From the NCBI GenBank assembly GCA_965371165.1, contig CBDUXJ010000002.1:1-45082 (forward strand): a stretch of 45,082 nucleotides of DNA, written 5' to 3'. This document shows, in pieces, positions 33,639 through 42,995 of the stretch. A program made the position numbers and the translations under genes. The notes under the pieces were generated by a model. That model worked only from the letters and a program-made list of their open reading frames with translations. It was not told where the DNA came from and ran no database searches. This stretch comes from an uncultured Syntrophobacterales bacterium (GTDB lineage Bacteria > Desulfobacterota > BSN033 > WVXP01 > G020346125). Each line of letters starts with the position of its first letter. The first letter of the stretch is position 1.

Positions 33639-34496
33639 ATGGAACTAGCAACGCAATTAATAACCTACGGCGTCCTCATGGGGTGTGTCTTCGCCTTCGT
33701 CGCTCTGGGCTTATCCCTCATCTTCGGGGTAATGGACATTGTCAATTTCGCCCATGGGGAATTCCTGATGGTGGGAATGTACGTTGCCTTCTTGATCTCG
33801 TCTTACCTCCCCGTCGACCCCCTCGTTTCGCTCCCCTTTGCGGCAGGAGTGGGATTTTTCCTCGGCATCATAAGCTATCGATTGCTCATCACCCATATTC
33901 TCCGTGGCCCCATGGTGGCCCAGCTTTTCGGGACGTTCGGGTTAATGCTGTTCCTTCGTTATCTGGTGATGTTTATCTTCGGCCCCGATGTTCGGACCCT
34001 TTCTCACGGAGTTCTGGTGGGAAAAACCTTTTCCCTGGGCTGGGTCCGGGTCGATGCGAGCAAGGTGATGGCGGCAGGGCTCTGCGTGCTGCTCTTTGTG
34101 TTCGTCTACTGGATGATAAACAGGACAAAACTGGGGAGGGCCTTGCGGGCTACCTCTCTCGATAAAGAGGCAGCCCGCTATATGGGGATAGATACCGAGA
34201 AGATGAATGGACTGGCCTGGGGGATTGGCGGGGCTACAGTTGGGCTAGCCGGCGGACTCCTCGCTCACTTTTACTACGTGAGTCCGACCGTGGGGATGCT
34301 CTTCGTCTTGATTGCCTTTGCTACCGTTGCCCTGGGCGGTTTTGGAAGCATTCAAGGAGCCTTTCTTGCCGGCATCATTATCGGCCTCATACAGGTCCTG
34401 GGTGGCCATTATCTGAGCGAATTGAAGTTTACGTTCATCTACGCCGCTTACTTCCTGGTGGTGGTGTTGAGACCTCGGGGTCTTTTCGGGTGGTAA
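33639..34496 (+). CDS. livH: Branched-chain-amino-acid-type ABC transporter permease (LivH family)
   Basis: 285 aa, multi-TM, with IVNFAHGEF motif near the N-terminus and the LivH-type conserved loop. Confidence 0.88.
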   Translation: MELATQLITYGVLMGCVFAFVALGLSLIFGVMDIVNFAHGEFLMVGMYVAFLISSYLPVDPLVSLPFAAGVGFFLGIISYRLLITHILRGPMVAQLFGTFGLMLFLRYLVMFIFGPDVRTLSHGVLVGKTFSLGWVRVDASKVMAAGLCVLLFVFVYWMINRTKLGRALRATSLDKEAARYMGIDTEKMNGLAWGIGGATVGLAGGLLAHFYYVSPTVGMLFVLIAFATVALGGFGSIQGAFLAGIIIGLIQVLGGHYLSELKFTFIYAAYFLVVVLRPRGLFGW

Positions 34497-34497
34497 C

Positions 34498-35493
34498 ATG
34501 GGCCGCATGCTGAAGGATATTTTCTCATTTGGAGACCGCCCTTTCTCTGAAAGAATCGTTCTCCTTGTTTTCATTGTAGTCGGCCTTACCTTCCCCTGGT
34601 TTATCGAGTCAGCCTACGCCAGGGCAGTTATGATTAAGTTCCTTCTCATTGCCCTCTTCGGTCTGGGCTGGAACCTCATCGGTGGTTACGGGGGCCAGGT
34701 GGACCTCGGACAGGCCAAGAATGTAGGGTTTGGAGCATACGCCACCGCCCTCATGATGTTCCACTGGCGCACCCCTTTTTGGCTAACCGTTCCCGTAGGT
34801 GTATTCTTCGCCACGGCGGAGTCCTTTGCCGTGGCGTATCCCATGTTCCGCCTGAGACGTCATTACTTTGCCATCGCCACCCTCTGCGTGGCCTTGGTCT
34901 GGAGGGAGCTCTTTATCTTTTGGGACTGGACAGGCGGGGCCCGGGGTGTAGAACTCCCGATAAAACCCACTCCAAATTTCACGTACATGGAGTTCGGTGA
35001 AGTGGGTTACCACTACTTTATTTTCGGCCTTTTCATGGCTCAATTCCTCTTCATGAATTGGTTCAGGAAGTCGAAACTGGGCTATGAACTGCAGGCTGTC
35101 AGGGATAATGAGGATGCTGCAGCGAGTTTGGGAATTAATGTCACCGGGACCAAAGTCAAAGCTTACTGTATTACCGCCGCTATGGGTGCGATAGGTGGCA
35201 GTTTTATGACCGTATACTACCTTTACATTGATCCCGACATGGTTATGCCTCTGGATCTCTCAATCTTAATCGCAATGACCGTTATGGTTGGAGGAGTAGG
35301 TTCCATTTGGGGTCCCATGATCGGTGCGGCAGTTCTTATCCCCCTGGACATGTACCTGGGAGCTTGGCTGGCGGGAACAGGACATTATGGCATAGATTTC
35401 ATGATTTACGGCTTTATCATCATGATTATAGCCGCCTACGAGCCAAAAGGGGTTTGGGGTATTATTGAAAGGACAATAATAAAAAGGGGATGA
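34498..35493 (+). CDS. livM: Branched-chain-amino-acid-type ABC transporter permease (LivM family)
   Basis: 331 aa, multi-TM. GYGGQVDLGQA motif typical of LivM. Starts 1 nt after the livH stop. Confidence 0.88.
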   Translation: MGRMLKDIFSFGDRPFSERIVLLVFIVVGLTFPWFIESAYARAVMIKFLLIALFGLGWNLIGGYGGQVDLGQAKNVGFGAYATALMMFHWRTPFWLTVPVGVFFATAESFAVAYPMFRLRRHYFAIATLCVALVWRELFIFWDWTGGARGVELPIKPTPNFTYMEFGEVGYHYFIFGLFMAQFLFMNWFRKSKLGYELQAVRDNEDAAASLGINVTGTKVKAYCITAAMGAIGGSFMTVYYLYIDPDMVMPLDLSILIAMTVMVGGVGSIWGPMIGAAVLIPLDMYLGAWLAGTGHYGIDFMIYGFIIMIIAAYEPKGVWGIIERTIIKRG

Positions 35494-36230
35494 AACGGGC
35501 CATGTTACTAGAGGTTGAGAGCCTCGTTAAGGAATTCGGGGGATTGGTAGCCAATGCTGATATTTCCTTAGAGCTAGAGCAAGGGGAGATTGTGGGTCTT
35601 ATCGGTCCCAACGGAGCCGGCAAGACCACGCTGTTCAATTGCATCGTAGGGTACTATAAGCCTACGGATGGAAGGGTCTCCTTCGAAGGAGAGGACATTA
35701 CCGGGTGGCCAGCGCACCGCGTGGCTCGAATGGGGATAGCGCGAACCTTCCAGGATATGAAGATAATGCCCCTTTTGACGGTTGAGGAGAACGTCATGGT
35801 TGGCGCTTTCTGTCGCACTGGTGATCGTCATACTGCAGTAAAGGAAGCTCAGGAGATATTGGAGTTAGTGAATCTGAAACAGGAGGCTTACGCGTCCCCC
35901 ACGGAGCTTCCCATCGCGAGCCAGAAGAGGATTGAACTGGCTCGAGCGCTCGCTACGAAACCGAAACTCTTGATGTTAGACGAGCTTGCCGCAGGCCTCA
36001 ATCCCATGGAGACCAAGGAGATCATTCAGACTCTTCACCGAATGAAGCAGGAGAGGACTCTCACCCTATTCTTGACTGAACACGTCAGGGAGTTCATCAT
36101 GACAATCTCGGAGAGGATTATCGTCATGGTTGCAGGGAGAAAAATCGCCGAGGGAAGACCGAAGGATGTGGCCAAGGAAGAGAGGGTGATCGAGGCATAC
36201 CTTGGGGAGAGATATGCTAAGGGTAGATAA
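35490..36230 (+). CDS. livG: ABC transporter ATP-binding protein (LivG family)
   Basis: Walker A GPNGAGKTT, signature-like region, and Walker B LLMLDELAAGL. ATGA overlap with the livM stop. Confidence 0.9.
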   Translation: MKRAMLLEVESLVKEFGGLVANADISLELEQGEIVGLIGPNGAGKTTLFNCIVGYYKPTDGRVSFEGEDITGWPAHRVARMGIARTFQDMKIMPLLTVEENVMVGAFCRTGDRHTAVKEAQEILELVNLKQEAYASPTELPIASQKRIELARALATKPKLLMLDELAAGLNPMETKEIIQTLHRMKQERTLTLFLTEHVREFIMTISERIIVMVAGRKIAEGRPKDVAKEERVIEAYLGERYAKGR

Positions 36231-36918
36231 GATTAAGGTTCACTATGGAGGAATTGTTGCCCTCCATGAGGTCACCTTTGAGGTGGGGAAGGGTGAATTG
36301 GTTGCGATTGTGGGTGCCAACGGTGCCGGCAAGAGTACCTCCCTAAAAGCCATCGTTGGAGCCGTAAGCCCGGTATCGGGAAAGATCGAATTTGAAGGAA
36401 TAGACATCACGGGGGAGAAATCCGCGAAAATCGTGCGACGAGGAATTATCTATGTGCCGGAGGCGAGACATATCTTCGGCCCCTTAACCGTGGAGGAGAA
36501 CCTGCTCTTAGGGGCTTATACGACCGATTCACAGGAGGAGATAGAAGAGAGCTCGAAATACGTCTACAAGCTCTTCCCCATACTGAAGGACCGGTGCAAC
36601 CAAAAGGGGGAAACACTCAGCGGGGGCGAACAACAGATGCTGGCCATCGGCCGCGGGCTTATGATTCGGCCGAAATTGCTCATGTTAGATGAACCGTCAC
36701 TGGGATTGATGCCGAAACTTGTTACCGAGGTGTTTACAGCTATCTCTCTATTGAAAGAAGAGGGGTATACTATCCTTCTGGTCGAACAGAACGTGCGGGA
36801 AGCACTGGAGCTCGCTGACCGGGGATATATTTTACAGACCGGGAGAACCATCGACTCAGGGCCGGGAAAGAAGTTGCTGGAGTCGGATATCGTAAGGAAA
36901 GCCTTTCTGGGATTGTAA
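36214..36918 (+). CDS. livF: ABC transporter ATP-binding protein (LivF family)
   Basis: Walker A GANGAGKST, signature LSGGEQQML, and Walker B LLMLDEPSLGL. ATG 36214 preferred over TTG 36202. Confidence 0.9.
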   Translation: MLRVDKIKVHYGGIVALHEVTFEVGKGELVAIVGANGAGKSTSLKAIVGAVSPVSGKIEFEGIDITGEKSAKIVRRGIIYVPEARHIFGPLTVEENLLLGAYTTDSQEEIEESSKYVYKLFPILKDRCNQKGETLSGGEQQMLAIGRGLMIRPKLLMLDEPSLGLMPKLVTEVFTAISLLKEEGYTILLVEQNVREALELADRGYILQTGRTIDSGPGKKLLESDIVRKAFLGL

Positions 36919-36944
36919 TCGGAATATTCCCCGGAACTTCACAC

Positions 36945-37748
36945 ATGGAGGGGAAAATCAAAGACATCAGCAAACTCACTCCGAAGGAGATCCGAAACCT
37001 CATCCGAAAGGGTACGTGGGACAAACCGACTGCAGGCCTGGCCTGGGGCTACGCCCAGGCCAATCTGGTGATCCTTCCAGAACGGTATGCCTTCGATTTC
37101 CTCCTCTTCTGTCAGAGGAATCCAAAACCGTGTCCGCTTTTGGAGGTCCTGGGAAAGGGGGTATTTGAACCCAAAGAGATGGCCCCTGGAGCAGATGTCA
37201 GGACGGATCTACCCAAGTATCGCATCTATGAGAAAGGAACCTTTGTCAAGGAAATCGAGGATGTTTCTCGATATTGGGCTTCGGATTTGGTCTCCTTCCT
37301 CTTGGGCTGCAGTTACTCCTTCGAATTCGCCCTCATGAACGCCGGGATTCCCATGCGACACATCGAAGAGCACAAGAATGTCTCCATGTATATCACCGCT
37401 ATCCCATGTAAAAAGGCGGGAGGCTTCGAGGGTCCCCTCGTGGTGTCTATGAGACCAATTCCCCCTGACAAAGTGGTTCGTGCCATCCAGATTACCACTC
37501 GTTTCTCAGCGGTGCACGGGGGCCCCGTCCACGTGGGAGATCCTTCGGAAATAGGGATACGCGATCTCGGCAAACCCGATTTCGGAGATCCGATCCGGAT
37601 AGACCCGGGTGAAATGCCCGTGTATTGGGCTTGCGGGGTAACTCCCCAAGCGGCTCTCATGAGGAATAAACCGGATTTGATCATCACCCATTCACCCGGA
37701 CACATGTTTATCACGGACATCAGGAACGAGGATTTAGCCACCTTCTAG
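36945..37748 (+). CDS. D-glutamate cyclase-family protein (UPF0317 / DUF1445, YcsI-like putative hydro-lyase)
   Basis: 267 aa. PTAGLAWGYAQANLVILP, LLGCSYSFE, VHGGPVHVGDP and VYWACGVTPQ are the conserved blocks of the DUF1445 family. Confidence 0.8.
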   Translation: MEGKIKDISKLTPKEIRNLIRKGTWDKPTAGLAWGYAQANLVILPERYAFDFLLFCQRNPKPCPLLEVLGKGVFEPKEMAPGADVRTDLPKYRIYEKGTFVKEIEDVSRYWASDLVSFLLGCSYSFEFALMNAGIPMRHIEEHKNVSMYITAIPCKKAGGFEGPLVVSMRPIPPDKVVRAIQITTRFSAVHGGPVHVGDPSEIGIRDLGKPDFGDPIRIDPGEMPVYWACGVTPQAALMRNKPDLIITHSPGHMFITDIRNEDLATF

Positions 37749-37751
37749 CTT

Positions 37752-37985
37752 ATTTGAAAAACTCACCTAGTGTATTGTCCTAGTAATAACTTGCATAATT
37801 TACATGATCGCAAAGCGTACTAAAATTCGAAGCACGAAATTCGAAATCCGAAACAATAACAAAATTCTAATTTTCCATTTTTCAAACATATTTTGGCCTG
37901 CAACGAGCTCAGCCGAGTCGATTTTGGTCATTTGATATTCGGATTTGTTTAGCATTTAGATATTCGAATTTCGGATTTAGAATGA
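37752..37985 (+). repeat. Repeat family D (AAATCCGAA / TTCGAA-based inverted-repeat element)
   Basis: Begins with the shared core TGAAAAACTC (37755-37764). CGAAATTCGAAATCCGAAAC (37835-37854) faces reverse-oriented GATATTCGGATTTG (37934-37947) and ATTCGAATTTCGGATTT (37962-37978). Confidence 0.6.
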
Positions 37986-38180
37986 ACTTTGGGACGCGAT
38001 ACCAGGTAAGGTGCCCAAGCTACTATTCCTTGATCTCAGGATGGAGTGCTGATATCCTTCCAAAAGGAATTTACAAAGGGGGGAGTCGAAATGGCCGTGA
38101 GGATAATTATCGAACGAAAAATCAAAGATTGGATAGCCCCCTGTAATTGGGAAAGTTTGGTGCGGGAGTGCAATTCCCGG

Positions 38181-38208
38181 TTGACAATTTGGTATTTCTT
38201 ATTATAAT
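38181..38208 (+). promoter_or_regulatory. Near-consensus sigma70 promoter upstream of carAB
   Basis: TTGACA (38181-38186), 16-nt spacer, then TATAAT (38203-38208). Confidence 0.6.
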
Positions 38209-38264
38209 TAAAATAAATCCAAAAATTAATGTTGACTGAACTATTCCACGCGATCATTGCAAAG

Positions 38265-38295
38265 CCCTCGGGAAACCTCCCGGGGGTATTTTTTT
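38265..38295 (+). terminator. Leader intrinsic terminator (attenuator) 10 nt upstream of carA
   Basis: A 9-bp GC-rich stem (38265-38273 / 38278-38286, one G-U pair) with loop AACC, followed by TA and seven T (38289-38295). Confidence 0.7.
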
Positions 38296-38304
38296 GTCCA
38301 CACG

Positions 38305-39447
38305 ATGGCTAAAACGATGAAAAGAGAGAATCAAAGGGCTCTCGTTGCCCTGGAGGACGGCACGATTTTCGAGGGAACCTCGTTCGGCACCCCTAAGGAG
38401 AAAACCGGAGAAGTTGTCTTCAACACGAGCATGACGGGTTACCAAGAGATTCTCACGGACCCTTCCTATAAGGGTCAGATCGTCACCATGACCTACCCCC
38501 TCATCGGCAATTATGGGGTAAATGAAGAGGATGTCGAGTCCATACAACCCTACGTCGAGGGTTTCATCATCAGGGAATATAGCCCGATAGCAAGTAATTG
38601 GCGGGCGCAGGCCAGTTTGGGCCAGTTCCTGAAGGACCGCGGAATCATGGGAATCGAAGGAGTGGACACTCGGGCTTTAACCAAACACATTCGGACTGCC
38701 GGGGCCATGAAGGCCATCATTTCAACCGAGGATATGAATAAGGACCGGCTCATCGAGAAGGCCAAGGCCTCGCCCGGGTTGGTAGGCCAGGATCTCGTTA
38801 GAGAGGTCTCATGTTCGGCTCCTTATCCCTGGGAGAATAAATCCCCCGCTGCATACCAATCTCTTTTCCCCTCTCGAGATCGTCGATACCGGATCATAGC
38901 TATGGATTTCGGCATCAAGCACAATATCCTCCGTCTTCTCGAATCGCTAGGATGTGATATCACTGTCGTTCCCGCCAATACGACCGCCGAGGAAATGCTC
39001 TCCTTCCATCCGGATGGTATTGTCCTCTCAAACGGCCCAGGAGATCCGGAGGGGGTTCCCTATGCCATTGAAACTACCCGGGAACTCATTGGGAAAAAAC
39101 CGATTTTTGGAATCTGCCTGGGGCACCAGATATTGGGCCTTGCCCTTAGGGGACGGACATACAAACTGAAATTCGGCCATCACGGGGGGAATCATCCGGT
39201 TAAGGATCTGATAAGGGGCAAGGTGAGCATCACAGCCCAAAATCATGGGTTCTGCGTCGATATGAATTCCCTCGACGACGAGGAAATTGAGGCTACCCAT
39301 GTAAACCTGAACGATCAGACCCTGGAGGGGATGAGGCACCGAGAACTTCCGATCTTCTCCATTCAATTTCACCCGGAGGCCTCTCCCGGCCCCCACGATG
39401 CCCGCTACCTCTTCGAGGACTTCATCGAGATGATGGACTCTCTCTGA
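38305..39447 (+). CDS. carA: Carbamoyl-phosphate synthase small (glutaminase) subunit
   Basis: [35 protein letters not shown], catalytic GICLGHQ and HHGGNHPV motifs. Start is ATG 38305 or 38317. Confidence 0.9.
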   Translation: MAKTMKRENQRALVALEDGTIFEGTSFGTPKEKTGEVVFNTSMTGYQEILTDPSYKGQIVTMTYPLIGNYGVNEEDVESIQPYVEGFIIREYSPIASNWRAQASLGQFLKDRGIMGIEGVDTRALTKHIRTAGAMKAIISTEDMNKDRLIEKAKASPGLVGQDLVREVSCSAPYPWENKSPAAYQSLFPSRDRRYRIIAMDFGIKHNILRLLESLGCDITVVPANTTAEEMLSFHPDGIVLSNGPGDPEGVPYAIETTRELIGKKPIFGICLGHQILGLALRGRTYKLKFGHHGGNHPVKDLIRGKVSITAQNHGFCVDMNSLDDEEIEATHVNLNDQTLEGMRHRELPIFSIQFHPEASPGPHDARYLFEDFIEMMDSL

Positions 39448-39454
39448 GGTGAGT

Positions 39455-42400
39455 ATGCCGAAACGGACCGATATTCACAAGATTCTCATCATTGGCTCGG
39501 GTCCCATCGTCATTAGCCAGGCCTGTGAGTTTGATTATTCAGGAACCCAGGCCTGTAAGGCCCTCAAACAAGACGGGTTTGAAGTCATCCTGCTAAACAG
39601 CAATCCTGCTACCATCATGACAGATCCCGAGATGGCCGACAGGACTTTCATCGAACCCATCACCCCCGAAGTGGTTGAAAAGATCATAGCGCGTGAGAGA
39701 CCCGATGCCCTCCTCCCCACTTTGGGCGGGCAAACCGGGCTCAATGTGGCCGTCCAAGTCTTCGAAAGGGGTATTTTGAACCATTACGGAGTGCAGATGA
39801 TCGGCGCCAATTACGAGTCGATCAAAAAAGCTGAAGACCGAAGGAGATTCAAGGAGTCGATGGACGCAATCGGCCTCGATCTTCCCAAAAGCGGTCTCGC
39901 TTACGCCATGGAGGAGGCCCTCCAAGTGGCCGGTGAGGTCGGATTTCCCGTCATCATTCGGCCCAGTTTCACCCTGGGAGGTACGGGAGGCTCCGTAGCA
40001 TACAATATCAAGGAATTCAAGGAACTGGCATTGAGGGGTCTTGAGGCCAGCATGATCAGCGAGATTCTCATCGAGGAATCCGTCCTCGGGTGGAAGGAAT
40101 ACGAACTGGAGGTAATGCGGGATTTCAGGGACAATGTAGTGATCATTTGCTCCATCGAAAATTTCGACCCCATGGGAATCCATACTGGGGATAGTATCAC
40201 TGTTGCCCCGGCTCAAACCCTCACGGACAAGGAATACCAGCAGATGCGGGATGCGGCCATTAGCGTCATGAGGGAAATCGGGGTTGAAACTGGGGGTTCC
40301 AACATCCAGTTCGCCCTGAGGCCGGAAGACGGCAGGATGGTGATCATCGAGATGAACCCCAGGGTATCCCGAAGCTCAGCTTTGGCCTCCAAGGCAACGG
40401 GGTTTCCCATCGCCAAGATAGCGGCCAAACTGGCCGTCGGATATACCTTGGACGAGATACCCAATGACATTACCAAGAAGACCCCTGCCTGCTTTGAGCC
40501 CACCATAGACTACTGTGTCGTCAAAATCCCCCGATTTGCCTTTGAAAAATTTCCGGGATCGGATGAGACCCTCACGGTATCGATGAAATCAGTGGGCGAG
40601 ACCATGGCTATCGGCCGAACCTTCAAAGAAGCCCTTCAGAAGGGCCTCCGATCCCTGGAGATCGGAAGATATGGTCTCGGAGCCGATGGAAAGGATAATC
40701 AGAACGGGGAAGAACCCCTTGGCTCAAAGTCCTCCAATCCGAAAGGGGAAATGCTCTATGAAAAATTGCACGTTCCCCGCCCGGATCGGATATTTTATAT
40801 CAAACGGGCGCTTCAATGTGGAATGGATATCGATAAACTCCATACGTTGACCCATATCGACCCATGGTTTCTCCACAACATGAAGGAGATTGTCGATCTC
40901 GAGGGTGAAATAAGACAGTACAAGGTCGAATTTCGGGATTTGGAGCTCTGGTCCGGCCTGAAGAACCAAGAGAAGCTCATGATTCCCCAGAAGCTCCTAA
41001 GAAAGGCCAAGACATATGGTTTTTCGGACTTCCAGTTGGGGCATCTCATGGGGTTCGAGGAGTCCGAAATACGGAGTTTAAGGGTCGGCAGGGGAATCCT
41101 CCCCACCTTTAAGTTGGTGGACACCTGTGCTGCGGAATTTGAGTCGTATACTCCGTACTATTACTCCACGTATGAGACGGAGGATGAAACGAGGATATCC
41201 AAGCGGAAGAAGATCATGATCCTGGGAGGAGGCCCGAACCGTATCGGGCAAGGCATAGAGTTCGATTACTGCTGTGTCCATGCGGCCTTTGCGCTCAAGG
41301 AACTCGGATATGAGACCATCATGGTCAATAGCAATCCTGAAACGGTGAGCACGGATTACGATACATCGGATAAGCTCTACTTCGAGCCCTTGACCCTGGA
41401 AGATGTGTCGAACATCGCCGAGAGGGAAATTCCCGATGGGGTCATCGTCCAGTTTGGGGGACAGACACCGTTGAACCTTGCGGTTGCCCTGGAGAAGGCA
41501 GGGGGCAATATCATTGGGACATCCCCCGATAACATCGATAGGGCCGAGGATAGGAATCGATTTACCCTTCTGCTCAAGAAGCTCCAATTGCACCAACCCC
41601 CTAACGGAGCCGCCACCTCGACGGAAGATGCAATACGGGTAGCCGATGGTATAGGCTATCCCGTTATAGTGAGGCCCTCTTATGTTTTGGGGGGAAGGGC
41701 CATGGAGATCGTCTACGATGAGGAATCTCTGATGGGCTTCATGGAGCGCGCCGTCGAGGCCTCCCCTGAATACCCAATCCTTATCGATAAGTTCCTCGAA
41801 GACGCCATTGAGATCGACGTCGATGCCGTGGCCGATGGCAAGCGGTGCGTTATTGCTGGCATCATGGAACATATCGAAGAGGCGGGCATCCATTCGGGCG
41901 ATAGTGCTTGTGTCATCCCCCCCTTCTCGTTAGCGGATGAACTCATTGAACGAATTAAGGCGAATACCAGCGCATTGGCGGAAGAGCTCAACGTTGTGGG
42001 ATTAATGAATATCCAATACGCGATAAAAAGCGACGTCGTCTATATATTGGAGGTCAACCCCAGGGCCTCGAGGACGATTCCCTTCGTAAGCAAGGCTACG
42101 GGCATATCATGGGCAAAGATTGCGGCCAAGCTCATGGTTGGGAAAAACTTATCTGAGTTGGGGGTTACGCGGGAAGTGGAAATCAATCACGTTGCCGTTA
42201 AGGAAGCCGTCCTCCCCTTCAACCGTTTTTACGGGGTCGATACTGTATTGGGGCCTGAGATGAAATCAACGGGGGAGGTGATGGGCATTGATGCGGATTT
42301 TGGGATGGCCTTTGCTAAATCCCAGATGGCAGCCGGGCAGACCCTTCCCCTCAAAGGTACGGTTTTTATCAGCGTAATGAATAAGGATAAAAGGCATGTA

Positions 42401-42760
42401 GTATTCATTGCCAAAAAGCTGGTTGACCTTGGATTTCGTATCGTGGCCACAACGGGGACGGCTAAAGTCCTTGCCAAAAATGGGATCCCCGTGAAAACCG
42501 TCCATAAGGTAAACGAGGGAAGACCCCATATCGTCGATCTCATCAAGAATGGAGAAATCCAACTCATCATTAATACACCCAGCGGAAAGAAACCCAAGGC
42601 CGATGAGGTGGCCATACGAAGTGAAGCGGTCATCCACGATATTCCCTGCATTACGACCATATCCGGGGCTTCGGCAGCGGTAAATGGCATAGAGTCCATG
42701 GTACAAAGGGGAATCTCCGTGCAATCCATCCAGGAGTACCACGCCCAGATCATGGGGTGA
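39455..42760 (+). CDS. carB: Carbamoyl-phosphate synthase large subunit
   Basis: [37 protein letters not shown] matches the CarB N-terminus almost residue for residue. Duplicated ATP-grasp halves and a C-terminal MGS-like domain. Confidence 0.95.
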   Translation: MPKRTDIHKILIIGSGPIVISQACEFDYSGTQACKALKQDGFEVILLNSNPATIMTDPEMADRTFIEPITPEVVEKIIARERPDALLPTLGGQTGLNVAVQVFERGILNHYGVQMIGANYESIKKAEDRRRFKESMDAIGLDLPKSGLAYAMEEALQVAGEVGFPVIIRPSFTLGGTGGSVAYNIKEFKELALRGLEASMISEILIEESVLGWKEYELEVMRDFRDNVVIICSIENFDPMGIHTGDSITVAPAQTLTDKEYQQMRDAAISVMREIGVETGGSNIQFALRPEDGRMVIIEMNPRVSRSSALASKATGFPIAKIAAKLAVGYTLDEIPNDITKKTPACFEPTIDYCVVKIPRFAFEKFPGSDETLTVSMKSVGETMAIGRTFKEALQKGLRSLEIGRYGLGADGKDNQNGEEPLGSKSSNPKGEMLYEKLHVPRPDRIFYIKRALQCGMDIDKLHTLTHIDPWFLHNMKEIVDLEGEIRQYKVEFRDLELWSGLKNQEKLMIPQKLLRKAKTYGFSDFQLGHLMGFEESEIRSLRVGRGILPTFKLVDTCAAEFESYTPYYYSTYETEDETRISKRKKIMILGGGPNRIGQGIEFDYCCVHAAFALKELGYETIMVNSNPETVSTDYDTSDKLYFEPLTLEDVSNIAEREIPDGVIVQFGGQTPLNLAVALEKAGGNIIGTSPDNIDRAEDRNRFTLLLKKLQLHQPPNGAATSTEDAIRVADGIGYPVIVRPSYVLGGRAMEIVYDEESLMGFMERAVEASPEYPILIDKFLEDAIEIDVDAVADGKRCVIAGIMEHIEEAGIHSGDSACVIPPFSLADELIERIKANTSALAEELNVVGLMNIQYAIKSDVVYILEVNPRASRTIPFVSKATGISWAKIAAKLMVGKNLSELGVTREVEINHVAVKEAVLPFNRFYGVDTVLGPEMKSTGEVMGIDADFGMAFAKSQMAAGQTLPLKGTVFISVMNKDKRHVVFIAKKLVDLGFRIVATTGTAKVLAKNGIPVKTVHKVNEGRPHIVDLIKNGEIQLIINTPSGKKPKADEVAIRSEAVIHDIPCITTISGASAAVNGIESMVQRGISVQSIQEYHAQIMG

Positions 42761-42995
42761 TTCTCGAAAAAAAGACGCGTTGATTCAGCCTCCCACTCCT
42801 TCCTCTGTTTGAGTGCTGTAAACCTAACAATTTCAAATAGTTAGATAGAAAAACTCTTTTTTTACGAATAATTGTCTAAATTTTATTAAGTTATCCATAA
42901 TTTCTTAGAAAATAGATTGATGTTATAATATAACTTATTAAAATTATTGATATCTTAATATTACAGAATATCAGACATCTTCCCAGGAACTGATA

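Noticed and set aside
38229-38312. 27-codon ORF ([27 protein letters not shown]) spanning the carA leader terminator, as a possible attenuation leader peptide
   Set aside because: It has no SD before its ATG. It lacks any run of regulatory codons (Arg, or pyrimidine-related pausing logic), and I could not draw an alternative antiterminator pairing dependent on ribosome position.
42891-42899. DnaA-box-like TTATCCATA in the AT-rich island as a sign of a replication origin
   Set aside because: It is a single imperfect box with no cluster of boxes. No dnaA, dnaN, gidA or parAB genes are nearby, and the region lies between convergent metabolic genes.
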